DNA of 19,575 nucleotides from a virus (Duplodnaviria; Heunggongvirae; Uroviricota; Caudoviricetes): IMG/VR virus record IMGVR_UViG_2681813228_000025; one strand, 5' to 3'. Shown piece by piece: positions 17,365 to 19,575 of this stretch (position 1 is its first letter; each line of letters starts with the position of its first letter). The notes under the pieces were generated by a model. It saw only the letters and a program-made list of their open reading frames with translations, ran no database searches and was not told where the DNA came from. The position numbers and the translations under genes were made by a program.

Positions 17365-18414
17365 TTACGCCAGTACGCCTATTGCCAGCGCACGATCGAT
17401 AAAACGAAATATCAGCTCCAGCTGGGAGCCATACTTCTCTTCAAATGCCACGGTATTCGCATGCAGCTCGTCGTGATGCTTTCTGCACAAAGGCAACACA
17501 AAGAGATCATGTGCTTTGGTTCCCATTCCGCCCTGCCCGTGACCAATCAGATGATGCGGATCGTCGGCTGGCATACCGCAGCAAGCACACGGCTGTGTCT
17601 TAACCCAGCGTGTGTATTTCTCCTTAACCCAACGGTGACGTTTAGGCAGCTTCATGAAAGATTCCGGAGACTCTGGATCAACGGTGATGCTTACCACCGT
17701 CTTTTCCTGTGATGGGTTTTGTTGCTGGTGGGCGTGAGGCAACGGTGCAAGATTTTTTGTGCGCTGTTTCAATATGCTGGTGGCGGTCTGCTCTCCCGGT
17801 ACGATGTCGCTTTCGCGGTACACCGAGCAGTTTTTTTCCGCTGGTAATCCCAGCGAGCGACGTAATACCGCTTCCGGTAGCGCGTCCGCCACCTGATTGC
17901 GGACCGCCCACCAGGATAATTCAGCCAGAGATAATTCACGCTCCTGCGTACCGCTTATTGCGTGACCGATGACGTCAATCATCCATGCTGACAGGTTTTG
18001 ATGAGCAAGTTGCTCGAGTGATTCGGATGTCTGGTCACGCAGCTGGTTGTCGCAGTGCCAGCACAACACCATTGCGCCGGTACCATATCGGTGAATAACG
18101 GTTTCGCTGTGATGATAATCGCCGTGTGGCCACTGGCAGGATTTAATATGGCGCAACAGCCAGTCAGACAATGCACCAGCACCACCAGCAGCACGAATTA
18201 CCCGTGCGTTACTGAAAAACGGCAGCAATGTTTTGTCTTCCACCAGCGGCTGGCGAACGGCAGGAACGACCCCGGACGGCAGATTACGCATGCTTTTCGG
18301 TTCCGGCTCCACCAGTACCCGGGTATTGTGGAATACCGGCATGGATTCACGGCCCGGCTTAACGACCACCAGCCCGAGTTCCGGTACCAGAACAGGTCGA
18401 AGTAATACCCGCAC
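17365..18414 (-). CDS. ydfU: DUF968-family prophage protein YdfU-like, 349 aa
   Basis: Cys/His cluster CACCGMPADDPHHLIGHG...HDLFVLPLCRKHHDELH. GTG start at 18414 next to the rem stop. Confidence 0.75.
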   Translation of the reverse strand: MRVLLRPVLVPELGLVVVKPGRESMPVFHNTRVLVEPEPKSMRNLPSGVVPAVRQPLVEDKTLLPFFSNARVIRAAGGAGALSDWLLRHIKSCQWPHGDYHHSETVIHRYGTGAMVLCWHCDNQLRDQTSESLEQLAHQNLSAWMIDVIGHAISGTQERELSLAELSWWAVRNQVADALPEAVLRRSLGLPAEKNCSVYRESDIVPGEQTATSILKQRTKNLAPLPHAHQQQNPSQEKTVVSITVDPESPESFMKLPKRHRWVKEKYTRWVKTQPCACCGMPADDPHHLIGHGQGGMGTKAHDLFVLPLCRKHHDELHANTVAFEEKYGSQLELIFRFIDRALAIGVLA

Positions 18415-18415
18415 G

Positions 18416-18694
18416 TTACCTCCAGATGCGTTGCTGGAATGTACGGGACGGACGCGGTGGGCGTTCGGAGTAAGGCAATCTGACTGAGATTATCCAGTGA
18501 CGGTAGTCGAGACTAAGGGCTTTCTTAACCTCGTATCCGCGCCTGCGGTAACACTGAATTATCCATTCAGCCTGCTCTTCAGTGCATGGAGGGTGTTGGA
18601 ACCATTCAGACTTGAATGCGTGAGAATACCGCTCGTGCGTGCAGACAAGAACGGGCGAATTATCAGAATTGTAATATTTTACGTTGCGTGCCAT
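18416..18694 (-). CDS. rem: Rem-like small prophage protein, 92 aa
   Basis: ATG at 18694; position upstream of ydfU as in K-12 Qin. Confidence 0.6.
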   Translation of the reverse strand: MARNVKYYNSDNSPVLVCTHERYSHAFKSEWFQHPPCTEEQAEWIIQCYRRRGYEVKKALSLDYRHWIISVRLPYSERPPRPSRTFQQRIWR

Positions 18695-18966
18695 CGGTTT
18701 TCTCCGGTGGCACGGTGTTACTCAGCGGGAGTTCAGCCCCGCGCAAGATTGTAGATGAGTTTATTCTTCTGCAAAAGCTGAAAAGCCTGCTTTTATTCCG
18801 ATCTCTTTCAGTGCCTGTAATGAAGTGACAAACTCACCTTCGCGCAAGATAAATCCGTCTGTCACTCGACCATCCACAAAATTAATTAACGCAGCCCCAT
18901 TCTTTCGCTGAAGATTCAGAACAACCAGAGCCGATAAAAGTTACCGCTGACGAAGTAAACAAAATT

Positions 18967-19575
18967 ATGCAGGCAGCCAATATCAGCCAGCCTGACGCCG
19001 ATAAGTTGCTTGCTGCATCACGTGGTGAATTTGTTGAAGGGATTAGCGACCCGAATGATCCGAAATGGGTTAAGGGGATCCAGACCCGCGATTCTGTGAA
19101 CCAGAACCAGCATGAATCGGAACGGAACTACCAAAAAGCGGAACAAAACAGTCCAAATGCGTTACAAAACGAGCCAGAAACGAAACAGCCTGAACCAGTG
19201 GCGCAACAGGAAGTGGAAAAAGTCTGCACCGCCTGCGGTCAGACCGGCGGCGGCAACTGCCCTGATTGTGGCGCGGTGATGGGCGACGCAACATACCAAG
19301 AAACATTCGATGAAGAGTATCAGGTTGAAGTTCAGGAAGATGATCCGGAGGAAATGGAAGGCGCTGAACATCCACACAAGGAGAACACTGGCGGCAATCA
19401 GCATCACAATAGCGATAATGAAACTGGCGAGACGGCAGATCACCCAATTAAGGTGAACGGTCATCAAGAAATCACATCCACCAGCAGGACGTGTGACCAT
19501 CTAATGATCGACCTTGAAACCATGGGAAAAAATCCTGATGCCCCGATCATCTCAATAGGTGCAATATTTTTCGAT
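18967..19575 (+). CDS. RecE-like exonuclease family protein, 5' portion (runs off window end)
   Basis: Open frame from the TAA at 18883-18885 to the window end. Low-complexity acidic segment with CxxC...CxxC ([16 protein letters not shown]), then a DnaQ-like Exo I motif [25 protein letters not shown]. The repeat-like segment [33 protein letters not shown] recalls the Rac RecE linker (from memory). Start uncertain: ATG 18967 or ATG 19504. Confidence 0.5.
   Translation, partial: MQAANISQPDADKLLAASRGEFVEGISDPNDPKWVKGIQTRDSVNQNQHESERNYQKAEQNSPNALQNEPETKQPEPVAQQEVEKVCTACGQTGGGNCPDCGAVMGDATYQETFDEEYQVEVQEDDPEEMEGAEHPHKENTGGNQHHNSDNETGETADHPIKVNGHQEITSTSRTCDHLMIDLETMGKNPDAPIISIGAIFFD

Noticed and set aside
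17678-18487. ORFs nested in or antisense to ydfU (17678-17911, 17709-17972, 17979-18194, 18055-18405, 18233-18487)
   Set aside because: Shadow frames within a 349-aa gene that has a conserved Cys/His cluster.
18754-18870. Possible degraded hok-family toxin gene (minus-strand frame ending EIGIKAGFSAFAEE, faintly like Hok C-termini)
   Set aside because: No start codon or SD, no N-terminal transmembrane segment, and the resemblance covers only about 15 residues. Kept only as part of the mosaic-joint finding.
19070-19500. Minus-strand ORFs 19070-19447 and 19162-19500
   Set aside because: Antisense to the RecE-like frame, whose translation has recognisable motifs; Arg/Cys-rich junk translations.

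Overview
The window holds two juxtaposed mobile elements. Names are from reading the translations and recall of E. coli K-12 prophage genes; no database search was run. (1) Positions ~1-6870 (minus-strand genes) look like a phage satellite of the PICI / P4-like kind: P4-type tyrosine integrase, AlpA regulator, BRO-N protein, a divergent small-gene control region, a translationally coupled operon ending in a 608-aa SF3-helicase replication protein, a dense TGTTCACC iteron origin, a small ORF coupled to an SSB-like gene, a terminator and a cos-like site. Its far boundary lies beyond position 1. (2) Positions ~6817-19575 are a Qin-like lambdoid cryptic prophage segment: C-terminally truncated GpA-family large terminase, Nu1-like small terminase with its own cos-like site, moron genes (ynfO, ydfO, gnsB, ynfN, cspI), a phage-21-type lysis cassette (pinholin EssQ, SAR endolysin RrrQ, Rz with embedded Rz1), cspB/cspF, Q antiterminator, ydfU, rem, and the start of a RecE-like exonuclease gene. 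The best candidate for an undescribed system is an AT-rich two-gene cassette (2905-3531) wedged into the satellite's replication operon. Other notable points are the two similar cos-like sites, the satellite abutting a truncated terminase gene, and a duplicated Q-3'/late-promoter block flanking a 1.6-kb AT-rich moron.
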